The translations under genes and the position numbers were made by a program. From positions 172,548,001-172,612,000 of the forward strand of contig NC_086097.1 in the NCBI RefSeq assembly GCF_963921235.1: DNA of 64,000 nt. Reading direction: 5' to 3'. Source of the DNA: Mobula hypostoma. Taxonomy: Eukaryota. Each line of letters opens with the position of its first letter. Position 1 is the first letter of the stretch. Under the pieces are notes generated by a model. The model was not told the origin of the DNA, did no database searches, and worked only from the letters and a program-made list of their open reading frames with translations. This document shows positions 13,401 through 26,040 of the stretch, piece by piece.

Positions 13401-16400
13401 TGGACTTCAATAACTCTAAGTACAGCAGGTCTACTGCATCAGCGAGCTGCTCATTTTTCGGAGTAGCCGGCCAGGATATCGTAGGAGCTGGCCGTTCAGA
13501 GAAGGGGAGGCTATCCATCGGGCTGATAGGCCGTGGGAGGAGCTGGATTAGATTTGGAGAAGAAACTGTCCTAGGTGCTGTTGCCTGCTACTCAAAGGCG
13601 CCAGTGTTGGTGCGCAAAGGTGGCGTGCAGAGAAACCATGATGCCTTGGATGCTTTTTTTCCAATCACAAAACACTGTTAGACATTGATTGCCACAGGCC
13701 TATTTCCCTTGTTTGGTAGTGAGACAGGAGGCGAGGCAGTATCTGTGTTGGAGGCAGATGCAGAAATTACGGGGGCCCCTAGCAGAGATATTTAAATCAT
13801 CCTCAGCAACAGGTGAGGTACCAGAGGTTGGAAGATAGCTAATGTTGGTCTGCTGTTTAACAAAGGCTCTAAGAATAATAAGGAAATTATGGGCTGGTGA
13901 GCCTGACATCAGTGGTGGGAAAGTAATTGGAAGGTATTCTAAGGGACCGGATATATGAATATTTGGATAGACAGGGACTGGTTAGGAATAGTCAGCTTGG
14001 ATTTGTGTGTGGTAGGTCATGTCTATCCAAACTTATGCAGTTTTTTGAGGAAGCTACCAGGAAAGTTGATGAAGCCAAGGCAACGGATGTTGCCTACATG
14101 GAACTCAGCAAGGCATTTGACACAGTCCCACATGAGAGATTGGTCAAGAAGGTCCAGTTACTTGGCATTCAAGATGAGGTAATAAATTGGATTAGACTTT
14201 GGCTTTGCGGGAGAAGCCAGATAGTTGTTGCAGACAGTTGCCTCTGTGGCTGAAGGCTTGGGACTAATGGAGTGCCACAAGGATTGATACTGGTTCCGTT
14301 TTTGTTTGTGATCCATATTAAAGACCTGAATGTTGGTGTAATTAACTGAATCAGCATATTTGCTGAAAACACCAAGAATGGGGTTGTAAAGGACAGTGAG
14401 GAAGAATATCAGAGCTTGCAATGGAATCTGGACCAGCTAGAAAAATGGGCTGAAAAATGGCAGATGGACTTTAACATAGACAGGTGTGAGGTGTTGCACT
14501 TTGGGAAGGCCAACCAGGGTAGGTCTTATACAGTGAGCGGGAGGTCACTGAGGAATGCAGTAGAACATAAGGATCTGTGAATACAGGCCCATAATTTATT
14601 GAAAGGAGCATCAGAGGTAGATAGGGTTGGAAAGAAGGCATTTGACACGTTGGCTTTCATAGATTGAAGTACAGAGTACAGGTGATGGGATGTTACGTTG
14701 AAGTTGTATAAGGCAATGGCAAAGCCTAATGTGTGCAGTTTTGGTCAGCTACCTACAGGAATTATGTAAATAAGGTTGAAAGAGCGCAGAGAAAATTTAC
14801 AAGGATGTTCCCCTGACTGGAGGACCGGAGTTATAAGGAAAGCTTGAAATGGTTAGAACTTTATTCCCTGGGAAGTAGAAAATTGAGAAGGGGTTTGATA
14901 GTTTACAAAATTATGAGGGGTATAGATAGGGTCAATGCAAGCAGGTTTTTTTCCACTGAGGTTGAGTGAGACTTGAACTAGAGGTCATGGGTTAAGGGTA
15001 AAAGGTGAAATGTTTAAGGAGAACCTGAGAAGAAACTTCACTCAGAGGGTGATGAGAGTGTTGAATGTGCTGCTAGTGCAAGTGGGGTTGTGATGTTGAT
15101 TTCAACTTTTAAGAGAAGTTTCGACAGGTACATGGATGGGAGGAGTATGAAAGGCCAGGTGCAGGTCGATGTGACTGGGCAGCTTAAGTGGTTCGACATG
15201 GACTGGATGGGCCAAATGGCCTGTTTCTGTGCTGTACTTTTCTATGGCTCTATGACTCTAACAGGGTTTCCTTCCTCCACCATTGATGCTGCTCTCACCT
15301 GCATCTTCTCCATTTCCCAGACATCCACTCTCACAGCATCTTCCCACCGCCTAAACAGGGATAGAGTTCCTCTTGTCCTCACCTACCACCCAAAGAGCCT
15401 CTGCATCCAACATATCATTCTCCACAACTTCTGCTATCTTTAATGGGATCCTATCACCAAACACATCTTTTCCTCCCCTTAACTCTCCGCTTTCCGCAGG
15501 GATTGCTCCTTGCATGATTCCCTTGTCCAATCATCCCTCCCCACTAAGCTCCCTCCTGGCACATATCTCTGCAAGCAACAGAAATGTTATACCTGCCCAT
15601 TCACCTCCTCCCTTACCTCCACTCAGGACCCCAAACAGTCCTTCCAGGTGAGATAACACTTCACCTGCGAAGCTTTTGGGATCACCTATAATATCCAGTG
15701 CTTCCGATGCAGCCTCCTCTACACTGGTGAGACCCAATGTAAATTGGGGGACAGTTTTGTTGAGTAGAATTTCCCGGTGGCCAACTATTTTAATTCCTAT
15801 CCCCATTCCTGTTCTGACATGTTGGTTCATAGCCTCCTGTTTTGCCATAATAAGGCCACCCTCAGACCAGAGGAGCAACAACATTTATTTCATCTATGTG
15901 GTTTCCAACCTGATGGTAAAACATTGATTTCTCCTTCCAGTAATTTGTTTTCCTCCCTCTTCTCTCTTCTATTCCTTATTGTGACCTCCTGTGTCTTCTC
16001 CTCACCTGCCTATCACTTCCTTCCCCCAGTACCCCTGCTTCTTCTCTTTCTCCCATGCTCCACTCTCCTCTCCTAGTAGATTCTTTCTGCTCCAGTCCTT
16101 GACCTTTCCCACCCACCTGACTTCACCTAGCACCTTATGGCTAGTTCTCCTTCCCCCCAACCCCACTCCCCACTCCCACCTTTTAACTCTGGTGTCCTGC
16201 CCCTTTCTTTCCAGATCTCAGATAGAATCTAGGCCCAAAGCATCAATTGTTTTTTTCATTTTGATAGATGCTTCCCAACCTGCTGAATCCTTCCAGCATT
16301 CTGATTCCCAGCATCTGCAAAATCTCTTGTGTTACTCTTCATTCAGTGTTATATTTATGTTGAATATGTATAAAGCATTGTCTCATAAGCATGAGATTCT

Positions 16401-17349
16401 CTGACTTTACTCTTTTGGGGGTTTGCTGTGAATAAAGACTTTTATATTTCCTGGTTACAACTGCTGTGTTGCTCAGTTTTAGTTTGTCACAGTGCGAGTG
16501 TTCAGAAATCAGGCATTCATAACCAGAGTATGGTCTGTAGAGTAGGTAGGGAACTGGAGGTGGCTCTCTGGCTCCCATACAGTCTACACCTGTGCTAGAC
16601 TCCGGGGAGCTACCATAATTTAACAAACACCCCCAGTCCACACTGACGGTGATAGCCTGGATCATGTGCAGAAGGCACTGCAGTGGACAATTGAATCCAG
16701 AACCTCTACAGAGGTGGGAATGTCCATGCACATCAACTGTGCTGCACATAATAACACACGAGATGATGACACAATTGTTGCTTAGTTCTTGCCTTAAAGT
16801 AGAATCAAAATCTTTCCTCTGATCCTATCTGCAATAGGGTTTTCTCTCCAATATTAACATATGTTGAATCTGTCTGAGTTATTTAATGACTGAACAAGCT
16901 GAGATCACACATAAACCAGATGATCTTGTCCTCCAGTGGTTTGCCGCTCATTCACTCGAACGGTTTCTGTCTTGTGAGGAATGGCAAGCAATATCATCAA
17001 ATTTGAAAGACATCAAAATATATTTGAGATGGATTAACAGTTCAGATGATAAGGTTTTTCCCCAATATGTGCCTTTTAATTTCTTTCATCCCACTACAGA
17101 ACTTCCCATACATCCTCGTCTCCCCTTCTCTTTCCTCTGTGTCTCTCACCTTTCCCAGTCCTGAGCAAGGCTTGCTTCCTTTATTTCTCTGCATTTTCTG
17201 AGCATTTCCAGCAGTTTCAGTTTTTTTTTAATTTTAGAATTCAAAGTCAAAGCTGAAATCAAAATAAAGCTTATTGTCATATGTGCAAGTACATGTGTGC
17301 ACGGGGGGGGCAATGAAAAACTTAATTGGTAAATTTAATGAATAATATT

Positions 17350-17780
17350 AGTTTATTATTGTCACAAGCATTGAGGTACAGTGACAAACTAAGTTCTGCA
17401 TGTATCATCTCATCACATCAGTACATTGAGGTAGTTCAAGGGGAAGGCAAATCCGAAAACAGAATAAAGTGATACAGTTGGAGGAATTGCAGGAATCCAA
17501 TAAGATACAAGGCCATGACGAGGTAGATTGTGAAGCCAAGAGTCAATCTTATCAAACAAGGGGACCATTCGGTAGTCTTACAACTGATAGAAGCTGTCCT
17601 TGAGCCTGGTGGTATGTGCTTTGAAGTTTTTGTGGAAAGGCAGAAAAGAGAGAGTGCCTAGAGTGGGTGGGGTCATTGATTATGCCAGATTCCATAGAAG
17701 GGAAGCTGGTTTCTGTGATGTGCTGAGCTGTGTCCAAAATTCTGTACTTTTTGCAAGATATTATGTCAATGCTCCACCCT
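17350..17780 (-). mobile_element. Rex/Babar-type LINE 3' fragment
   Basis: DTAQHITETSFPSM...INDPTH remnant plus the 3' UTR shared with 49630-49915 and 61970-62250. Confidence 0.6.
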
Positions 17781-18679
17781 ATCATGAGTTCTGTGGAGCA
17801 TTCGCAGCCTTGGAGTTTCTAAATTCTTGCTAACAAATTGACAGAACAAGCATTTACCTTAAAGAATAGTTGTCAGCTCTCGGGATGTGCTGACAGAGAC
17901 AGTGCCCAGTTAGTCCCTTGGTAGTTCAAAGTGAGATTTTTAATGAATATGTCAAAAACTAGAATCAAGTTTAAATGTGACCGCCTCAGGGTTGCCAGAA
18001 GCATTTTCTTTTATGTAGCAGGATGCTACATACAAAAACTTTGACTGTTCCATGCCAGTGAAATCATTTAGATGTTGCTGCCAAGGCAGATGTCGTCTTT
18101 CAGATTTCACACCAATGAAACAAGACCTTCTTTGCATCTATCTAAGTAGATTTTCTTCATAATCTAAGGCGTCAGATTGTTTTAAATTTTTTCAGTTGTG
18201 GAATTCTGAGAAGCATGTGTTTTTCCTCTCATAGAGTCACATAGTATGGAAACAGGCGCTGGGCTCACTGAGTCCACAATAATCAGTTTTTACACCAATC
18301 CCATATTCATTTCCACATTTTATTTTCCCCACATTCCAATCCGTAAGCACATAAAAGCATCAGAAAGTAAGAGCAGACGTTAGCCACTCAGCTCCTCAAG
18401 TCTACTCCGTTCAATTTCCATCAGGGCTGACCTACCCCAGGCCTCAACGCTTCTTCTGTGCCAGTTCACCAAAGCCCTCAGTTCCCGGCTCTTTCAAAAA
18501 AATCTATCTACTGCCACTTTAAATAGTCCCTGTGATTTAGCATCCACAATCTTCTGGAGCAAAAAATCTCAAGGATTAGAAAGCATCTTCCCGTCATGGA
18601 CTTACACAGAACTTTGGTTTAATCGCTTCGTTCTGACTATTGTGTCCGCCTGAGTTAGTTCCCATTGACCTCTGTCAGA

Positions 18680-19050
18680 ACCAGAATCAAAGTTAGGTTT
18701 GTTATCACAGACACATTCATGAAATGTGTTGTTTTGTGAAAGTAGGACAGTGCAAGACATAAAAAAAATTCTGAAGTTACAATAAGAAGTAAAATAAATA
18801 AATAGTATAAAAGTGAAATAGTGAGGAAGTGCTCACCAGTTCATGGACTGTTCAGAAATCTGATGGCAGAGGGGAAGAAGCTGTTCATAAATCATTGAGT
18901 GAGCACCTTCAGGCTCCTGTACCTCCTCCCTGATGGTGGTAATGACAGGAGGACGCGTCCCAGATGGTGAGGGTCTTTAATGATGGATGCCACCTACTTG
19001 AAGCACCACCATTTGAAGACGTCCTTGATGGTGGGGAGGGTTGCCTACCA
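18680..19050 (-). mobile_element. Rex/Babar-type LINE 3' fragment
   Basis: cagaat terminal repeats and RT tail sequence homologous to 26041-26520. Confidence 0.6.
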
Positions 19051-19131
19051 TCAAGGACATCTTTTGATCCTATACATTGGAGCCTCCATACCAGATGATC
19101 TGGCCCATACTTTTTCAATCCTTACCGAAAT

Positions 19132-19400
19132 GTAGCACGTGGCCAAGTGGTTAAGGCATTGGACTAGCGATCTGAAGGTTGTGAGTTCAAACACCAGCCA
19201 AGGCACTTAACCACACACTGCTCCAGTCCACCCAGCTGAAAATGAGTACTGGCAAAATGCTGGGGGTTAACCGTGCGATAGAGTGGCATCCTATCTGGGG
19301 CGGGGGAGTCTCGTACTTTCAGTCGCTTCACGCCACAGAAACTGGCCTAAGTACCGGCCTGATGAATCTATAAGGCTCGGGACAGACTTTAACTTTACCT
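19132..19400 (+). mobile_element. tRNA-derived SINE
   Basis: A box tggccaagtgg and B-like box gagttcaaac, central cagtccacccagctgaaaatg domain, tail ending in actttaactttacct. Confidence 0.75.
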
Positions 19401-19807
19401 GTCCTTTAACCTTACCTGACCAAATGACTTTCAAATGTTGCTATTTTACCTGCCTCTACCACCGGCCTGTATCACCACCTCTAGCAGCTTATTCCATACA
19501 CCTACAACCCTCTGTGAAAAAGATCTGCTCCTCAGATTCTCTTCAGCTCTTTCCTGTCTCAGTTTAAATCTATGTCTGCTAGTTCTATATTCCACTAGAC
19601 TGGGAGAAAGACGGTGCCCATCAAAAGTTTATGACATCTATTAGGTCCCCCTTCAGCCTCCCTCACTCTGGGGATAACAGTCCCAGTCTATCCAATCTCC
19701 CATAGAGTAGTACAGCACAGGAATGGGCCCTTCGACCCACAGTCACTGTGCCAACCATAATGCCAGTCAAGACTAATCCTATTTGCCTGCACATGGTCTA
19801 TATCAAA

Positions 19808-20285
19808 AGACCATAAGACAAAGGGGCAGAATTAGGCCATTCAAATCATCGATTCTGCTCTGCCATTCAATCATGGCTGATGTAATTTCCCTCTCAACAC
19901 TATTCTTTTGCCTTCTCCCACATGACTTGGCATCCATAGCCATCCGTGGCAATGAATTCCACAGATTCACCACCCTCTGGCTAAATAAATTCTTCCTCCT
20001 CTCTGTTCTATTCTGAAGCTGTGCTCTCTGGTCTTAGATTCTCCCATTATTGGAAACAGTCTCTCCCTATCTTCTCAACCTAGGCTTTTCAGTATTCAGT
20101 AGGTTTCAATAACATCTCCCCTCATTCTTCTAAACTCCAGCAAGTACAGGTTCAGAGCCATCAAACACTCCTCAATCATCGAAGCTTTCATTCCCTGGGT
20201 CGTTGGCATAAACCTCTACTGGGACCTCTCCAATGTCAGTACATCCTTTCTTAGATACAGGGCCCAAAACTGCTCACAATATCCC
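19808..20285 (-). mobile_element. CR1 3' fragment
   Basis: agaccataagac terminus and body homologous to 3521-4080 and 50007-50570. Confidence 0.75.
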
Positions 20286-20584
20286 ACTATTACCTGCTTG
20301 TTCACGTCTGTCTAAATGGAACATAGCTATCATATCTGCCTCCACCACACACCAGCATCCACCACACTATGTGTAAGATTTGTCACATCTCCTTTAGATA
20401 TTCCCCCTCTTATTCAGAACCCTCTGTCCTCTCATATTCGACATTTTCTCCCTGAAGGGAAACACTGACTATCTACGTAGCTACACCTCTCGTAATTTTA
20501 TAAACTTCTATCAGGTCTTCCTTCTGCCTCCGGTGCTCCAGTGAAAACAATGTATGTTTGTCCTTTCTTTCCTTATAAGTCTAG

Positions 20585-21745
20585 TACTGCTTGTTCACCA
20601 GCTGAATTATGTACATGCTGTGTCAAGAAACTCTCCTGGATGCACCTAACAAATGCCGCCTCATTTAAACCTCTGGAACTAAGGGAGATCCAGCCAATAC
20701 TGGAAGATTAAAGTTGCTCACTACAGATAGCCAGTTGTTTTCACATCTTTCCATAACCTGCCTACATATCTATTCCTCCATCTCCTGCTGGCTATTAGAA
20801 GGGCAGTACTGTAGTCTGTCATAGTGGTTGCACCTTTATTATTCCTGAGTTCTAACTCATATTGCCTCACTGAATGAGCCCTCTGGGACATCCTCTCCAG
20901 TTAGTGCTGTGAAATTCTCCCTGATCAGTGCCTCAACACCCCACCTCTCTTACAGCCCTCCCTATCACATTTGAGGCATTGAAAACCTGGAATGTTAAAC
21001 TCCTGTGTGCTGTGTTGTTCCGCCAAGCATTGCAGGAATGCTTTATTGGCATCGGAATGTGTGACAACACCTGGGGACTGAGCCAGCACATCCTTGGGTA
21101 TGATGTATTGTTGCTATGCGATAAGTAACAAGAATCTGATTCTGCTAGTGCTTCTCGCCCCTCAATTGTTTCTGTAATCGCTACAACATTGAAGTTCTAT
21201 GGACTAACATAAGTTTATTGAAATTAATTGCATTAAAATGAATACTCGTCACTGCATCAGTCAAACCCTGCTCGCCCTTCTTTCCAACCTTACTTGAGCT
21301 TTCTTCTCAATCCCACTGCTTGCTGACCTGGTGACTGGTTCCCGTCTCTCTGCCACGTTAGTTCAAATGCTCCTGATCTGCCCCGCAAACCTCCTTACAA
21401 GGATATTGGTGCCTCTCCAGTTCAGGTGCCAGCAGTCCCTCTTGTACACATCCCACCTGTACTGGGAGGGAACCCAATAATCCAGAAACCTGAGGCTTCT
21501 TGCAAAGGCTCCTTAGTCATATACTGTATTGAACTGTACTATCTTCCTATTTCTTGCCCCATTAACACATATTGCAAAGATTACTCCAAAGATTAGTTCT
21601 TCTTTTTAATTTCCTGCCTAACTCCCAAACATCACATTGTAGGACTTCACCTCTCTTCCTGCCTATGTTGATATTATGGATCACAGGATTTGGCTGATCA
21701 CTCTCTCCTTTCAGAATGTCCTGTGCCTTCTCAGAGGCATCCACG
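20585..21745 (-). mobile_element. Old CR1 fragment covering the ORF1 esterase end and EN start
   Basis: ORF 21562-21744 (ILKGESDQP...ELGRKLKRRT) aligns by eye with ORF1 at 53196-54104; junction variant tttgaactaa at 21358-21367 (minus). Confidence 0.6.
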
Positions 21746-23720
21746 TGAATCTTTATAACTCTTTATAATCTTATAAATCAAGAACACTAGGCTTGGCAAC
21801 ATCCTTGTGAATCTTTCTCTCTAGCTTAATGATATCCTTCCTTTAGCATGGTGAACAGAACCATGTACCAATAGGCACTATAGGTAACTAATACCTTTTG
21901 CTTCCACATTGTCTATAACGCTTCATTCTCTGCACATTCATGTGCTATCTAAGAACCTCTTAAATGTCTTTATCGTATTTGCTGCCAATGTCACCCTGGC
22001 TCCAATCAATCTCTGTGTAAAGAACTTGTCCTGTACATCCTCATTAAACCCGCTTCCTCAAATTTTAAGAGTTCGACCCAATTTCAGAGGACTATGTACT
22101 TACACCCCTAATTCTTGCTGCTCATCAATACTCTCTAGGGTCCTGCCATTCACTAGGGGATGTCCTGTACTAGCTTAACATCCCAAAAAGCATCATTTGA
22201 TGCTTGTTGCTGATTCCAATGAGACAGGAGTTCTGCAGTGACAGTATCAAATCACTTCACCCTCAGCATAACCCCAATTTGCTTGAACAAATATTATTAA
22301 ATATTTATCCAGGTTTCTGCAGATGGCTTTTATCCTATTGACTATCTGTAGTTCATTTTTTATTTTCCAGTATGCTAATTAACTCTGACAACAGGCCAAC
22401 AAGCTGTTCTTGTGCAATCTATATTTATGTTGAAGCCTGAAGGAAGTTATGTATCACAATCTGCTTTTCAAGAGCAATCAAAGCAAATTTGATTCCAAGA
22501 TGTATAAGGTTATTATTATGATTACAATAATATTAATGATGATAACCAAAAACTTGATCAAGATGTACATCTGTAGGAGAGAAAGGTATGAAGTGAAAAG
22601 GTTTAGTGGATGGATGGGTGGGGGGGGTGAGGTGCAAACTCCTGTGTTTGGGACTTAATCTGTTTAGAGCACAACTGGGAATGGAGGAGCGATTAAATTC
22701 TGAGCTAAATGAGAGGTCAGAATTGGTGAAGGGCAGAAGATGCTGAAGTATTTCAGCCCTGCGGGAGATTAGAGAGAATGACACAGGGAATTTGGAAACA
22801 GAGTGAAAAGGTTAAGATGTGACTTAGCTGGATGATGTTGCAGATCAATAAGTCCACGGGGATTGCATGAGTCAGTGAAATTGCAGTAGAGCTTCTGTCT
22901 GGCCATGAGCTTAATGAAGATGGGGAACAGGATGTCAGGTGGTTATCAATCAATGTAGTTAATCCTGGAGAAAGTGAAGCATCTGCCGATACCTCTCATT
23001 GCCTCAAGAAACCAGCCAGCATAATCAACTCCACTCATCCAGTGCAATCTCTCTTCTCCCCTCTCCCATTGGACAGAAGATTTAAAAGCCTGAAAGCACA
23101 TACCACCAGGCTAAAAGACAGCTTCCATTGTTATCAGGCTCTTGAACAGACCTCTTGAATGACAAAATGGACTCAGTTTTACAATCTACATTGTGATGAT
23201 CTTGCATTTTATTATTTATGTGCACTGCAATTTCTCTGAAGCTTTTACAATTATATTCTGCTTTGTTATTGTTCCATCTCAATTTGCTGTGTAATGATTG
23301 ATTTGCATGAACAGTATTTAAGACAAGCTTACAATAATAAAGATAAACCAAACCAAAAGAAATGTAAGTAGGCTTTATTGCTGGGTTAGAGGGAGTAAGG
23401 CAAGGCTATGGAAGTTGGAAAAAAGCCATCTCAGGGACAAGAGTTTATTCCACCAAGACAGTAAACAGAATAGTTCAAACTCAGAGATTCACCTGGGAGA
23501 GCCATGAATTTGGTGACTAGGGAATGGAGTCTGTGAAGGCAATGACTTCTATCAACACACACTCCCACTTCCACCCAGCCACCCACCAGCTCCAATATTT
23601 ATTTGGAGGAAATATCCTCTCATTCAGTAGTAATTCCATACATGTCTAAGGACCATTTGGGACATGCCCTTTCTTGTATTCCTACTATCAAGGAAGAGGT
23701 ACAGGGGCTTGAAGACCCAA

Positions 23721-24352
23721 CAGACAATAGACAATAGACAATAGGTGCAGGAGTAGGTCATTTGGCCCTTCAAGCCAGCACCACCATTCACTGTGATCAC
23801 AGCTGATCATCCACAATCAGTATCCAGTTCCTGCCTTATCCCCATAACCTTTGATTCCACTATCTTTAGGAGCTCTATCCATCTCTTTCTTGAAAGCATC
23901 CAGAGACTTAGCCTCCACAGCCTTCTGGGGCAGAGCATTCCATATATCCACCACTCTCTGGGTGAAAAAGTTTTTCCTCGACTCCTTTCTAAATAGCCTA
24001 CCACTTATTCTTAAACTGTGGCCTCTGGTTCTGGACTCACCCATCAACGGGAACATGCTTCCTGCCTCCAGCGTGTCCAATCCCTTAATAATCTTATATG
24101 TTTCAATAAGATCCCCTCACAGCCTTCTAAATTCCAGAGTATACAAGCCCAGTCGCTCAAATCTTTCAACATATGATAGTCCCGCCATCCCGGGAATTAA
24201 CCCTGTGAACCTACACTGCACTCCCTCAATAGCAAGAATGTCCTTCCTCAAATTTGGAAACCAAAACTGCACACAGTACTCCACGTGTGGTCTCACCAGG
24301 GCCCTGTACAGCTGCAGAAGGACCTCTTTGCTCTTATACTCAATTCCCCTTG
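23721..24352 (-). mobile_element. CR1 3' fragment, relatively young
   Basis: (caataga)n terminus; RKNFFTQRVVDIWNALP. Confidence 0.85.
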
Positions 24353-24481
24353 TTATTCCCCACCCTCAATGATTCAGGAAAGCTATTTCCTCTCTACCAT
24401 CAGTTTTCTGAACAGACCATTAACAGATGAACACTACCTCGTTACTCTTTTGTTCACACTATTTATTTATTCCCATAATTT

Positions 24482-25149
24482 TAGATTAGATTAGATTAAA
24501 TTATGAGGACACTCAGTCCTCGTTTATTGTCATTTAGAAATGCATGCATTAAAAAATGATACAATGTTCCTCCAGAGTGATATCACAGAAACACAGGACA
24601 AACCAAGACTAAAACTAACAAAACCACATAATTATAACATATAGTTACAACAGTGCAAAGCAGTACAGTAATTTGATTAAGAGCAGACCATGGGCATGGT
24701 AGAAAAAAAAGTCTCAAGTCCCGGTAGCCCCATCATCTCACGCAGACGGTAGAAGGGAGAAATTCTCCCTGCCATGAAACTTTAAGTGCCGCAAACTTGC
24801 CGATGCAGCATCATTGGAAGCACCCGACCACAGCGGACTCTGAGTCCGTCTGAAAACTTTGAGCCTCCGACCAGCTCTCCGACACTGAGCGCCAAGCGCT
24901 TCGACCCCACCCCAGCCACTGAACAACAAGCAAAGCCGAGGACTTGGGGCCTTCCCCACCGGAGATTCTGGATCACACAGTAGCAGCTGCAGCAAAGCAG
25001 GCATTTCAGAAGTTTCACCGGATGTTCCTCCGTGCTCACACGTCCGTCTCCATCAAATCAAGATTGTGCACGGCACCCTACTTGACAGATAACAGACATC
25101 ACCACCGGAGTGGCCGCTGCGAACTGCGTCACGCCACCATCTTCCCCTC
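24482..25149 (-). mobile_element. Non-coding retroposon with a LINE-like 3' tail
   Basis: 3' (ttaga)n tail with AATAAA on the minus strand; GC-rich 5' part starting aggaggggaagatggtggcg; no credible ORF. Confidence 0.55.
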
Positions 25150-26040
25150 CTCTGTTTTAAAAATAAAATTTAGAGTACTTTTGTGCCTTTACACTGTACT
25201 GCTATCACAAGAAAACAAATTTCACGTCCTGTAAGTCAGTGATAACAAATCTGATTCAGATTCGGATTCTATGTCTGAAAGCTTTCACAATTTGGAGGCA
25301 GTGGAGGGCTCAGGGAAGGTGAAGGCATGCATTGTGTGAAGAATTACCTAGTGATGTCTTGCCTGAAACAACTGCCTCCAGTTTTAATATTGTAGCCACT
25401 CATCCAGGGACACACCGGAGAAGAAGGTACCTCTCTGGAAACTCCCTTAACCAGATTATATACTTTCTATAGGTTACTGTATATGTTATGCAGAATTAGG
25501 AACACAAGCCAAGTCAAGGTAATGCAAAGCAACACATTTCACAGCATCTTCAGTGATAATAATCCTGATTCTGATTCAGTTAATTGTCATGTGCACAGGT
25601 ACTTCGAGGTACAGGTACAATGACAAAATAGCTTGCAGCAGCATTACAGGTATGTAGCTACAGAGAACAAAACTGGAAGGACATAAATTGCACATAAGAT
25701 GTTCCTCAAGAAAAATGTATTCTCTACATTCTCTGCTTCACACTAAATTTAATGCCTTCTTCCTTGCATTTATAACATTTCTGTGAAGAACTACATTAAA
25801 AGAAGCACATACGTGAAATCCATCTCTTCAGGTCAAGCTTATTGTCATGTGTATGAGGTAGAGGTTCAATGAAAAACTTGCTATCAGCAGCATCATAGGC
25901 TCATAGATTCAGATACACAAAATATAAGTTACGCATATATTGTGCATAAGTTACACAAGGCAGTGGAAAAAAAACTAATGAAAGTCAACAGTGAAAAAAA
26001 CAATACAATTACAGTCAAGTCCATGGTAGTGCAAGAGGGC

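Larger units (their letters stand above)
11910..15259 (+). mobile_element. CR1 LINE, degenerate ORF2 (EN to 3' end)
   Basis: YDIVDICEIWL, SSDHN, GRSCLSKL and SKAFDTVPH motifs; terminal ctatggct/ctatgact repeats at about 15242-15259; many stops and indels. Confidence 0.85.
11745..16340 (+). mobile_element. Penelope-like element remnant (RT tail, GIY-YIG endonuclease, pseudo-LTR), split by a CR1 at about 11910-15259
   Basis: 11760-11909 reads ...ICSQDEAF..SEMSYFFKE and continues at about 15260 as GFPSSTIDAALT...NRDRVPLVLTYHP...CYTCPF...LLYTGETQ (degenerate GIY-YIG). Pyrimidine-rich pLTR with a decayed hammerhead region at about 16210-16330. Confidence 0.8.

Noticed and set aside
16339..17164. 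ORFs 16339-16749 and 16886-17164 as host exons
   Set aside because: No recognisable protein similarity and no consistent splice-site pair.
19132..19205. tRNA-like sequence (also 27783-27845)
   Set aside because: SINE heads: they run into SINE body and tail, with no complete cloverleaf or Pol III terminator.
19354..19390. CTGATGA in the SINE tail resembling a hammerhead core
   Set aside because: No GAAA or NUH at the required positions.
24481..24498. (ttaga)n telomere-like repeat
   Set aside because: Not TTAGGG; it is the 3' terminal microsatellite of a retroposon.
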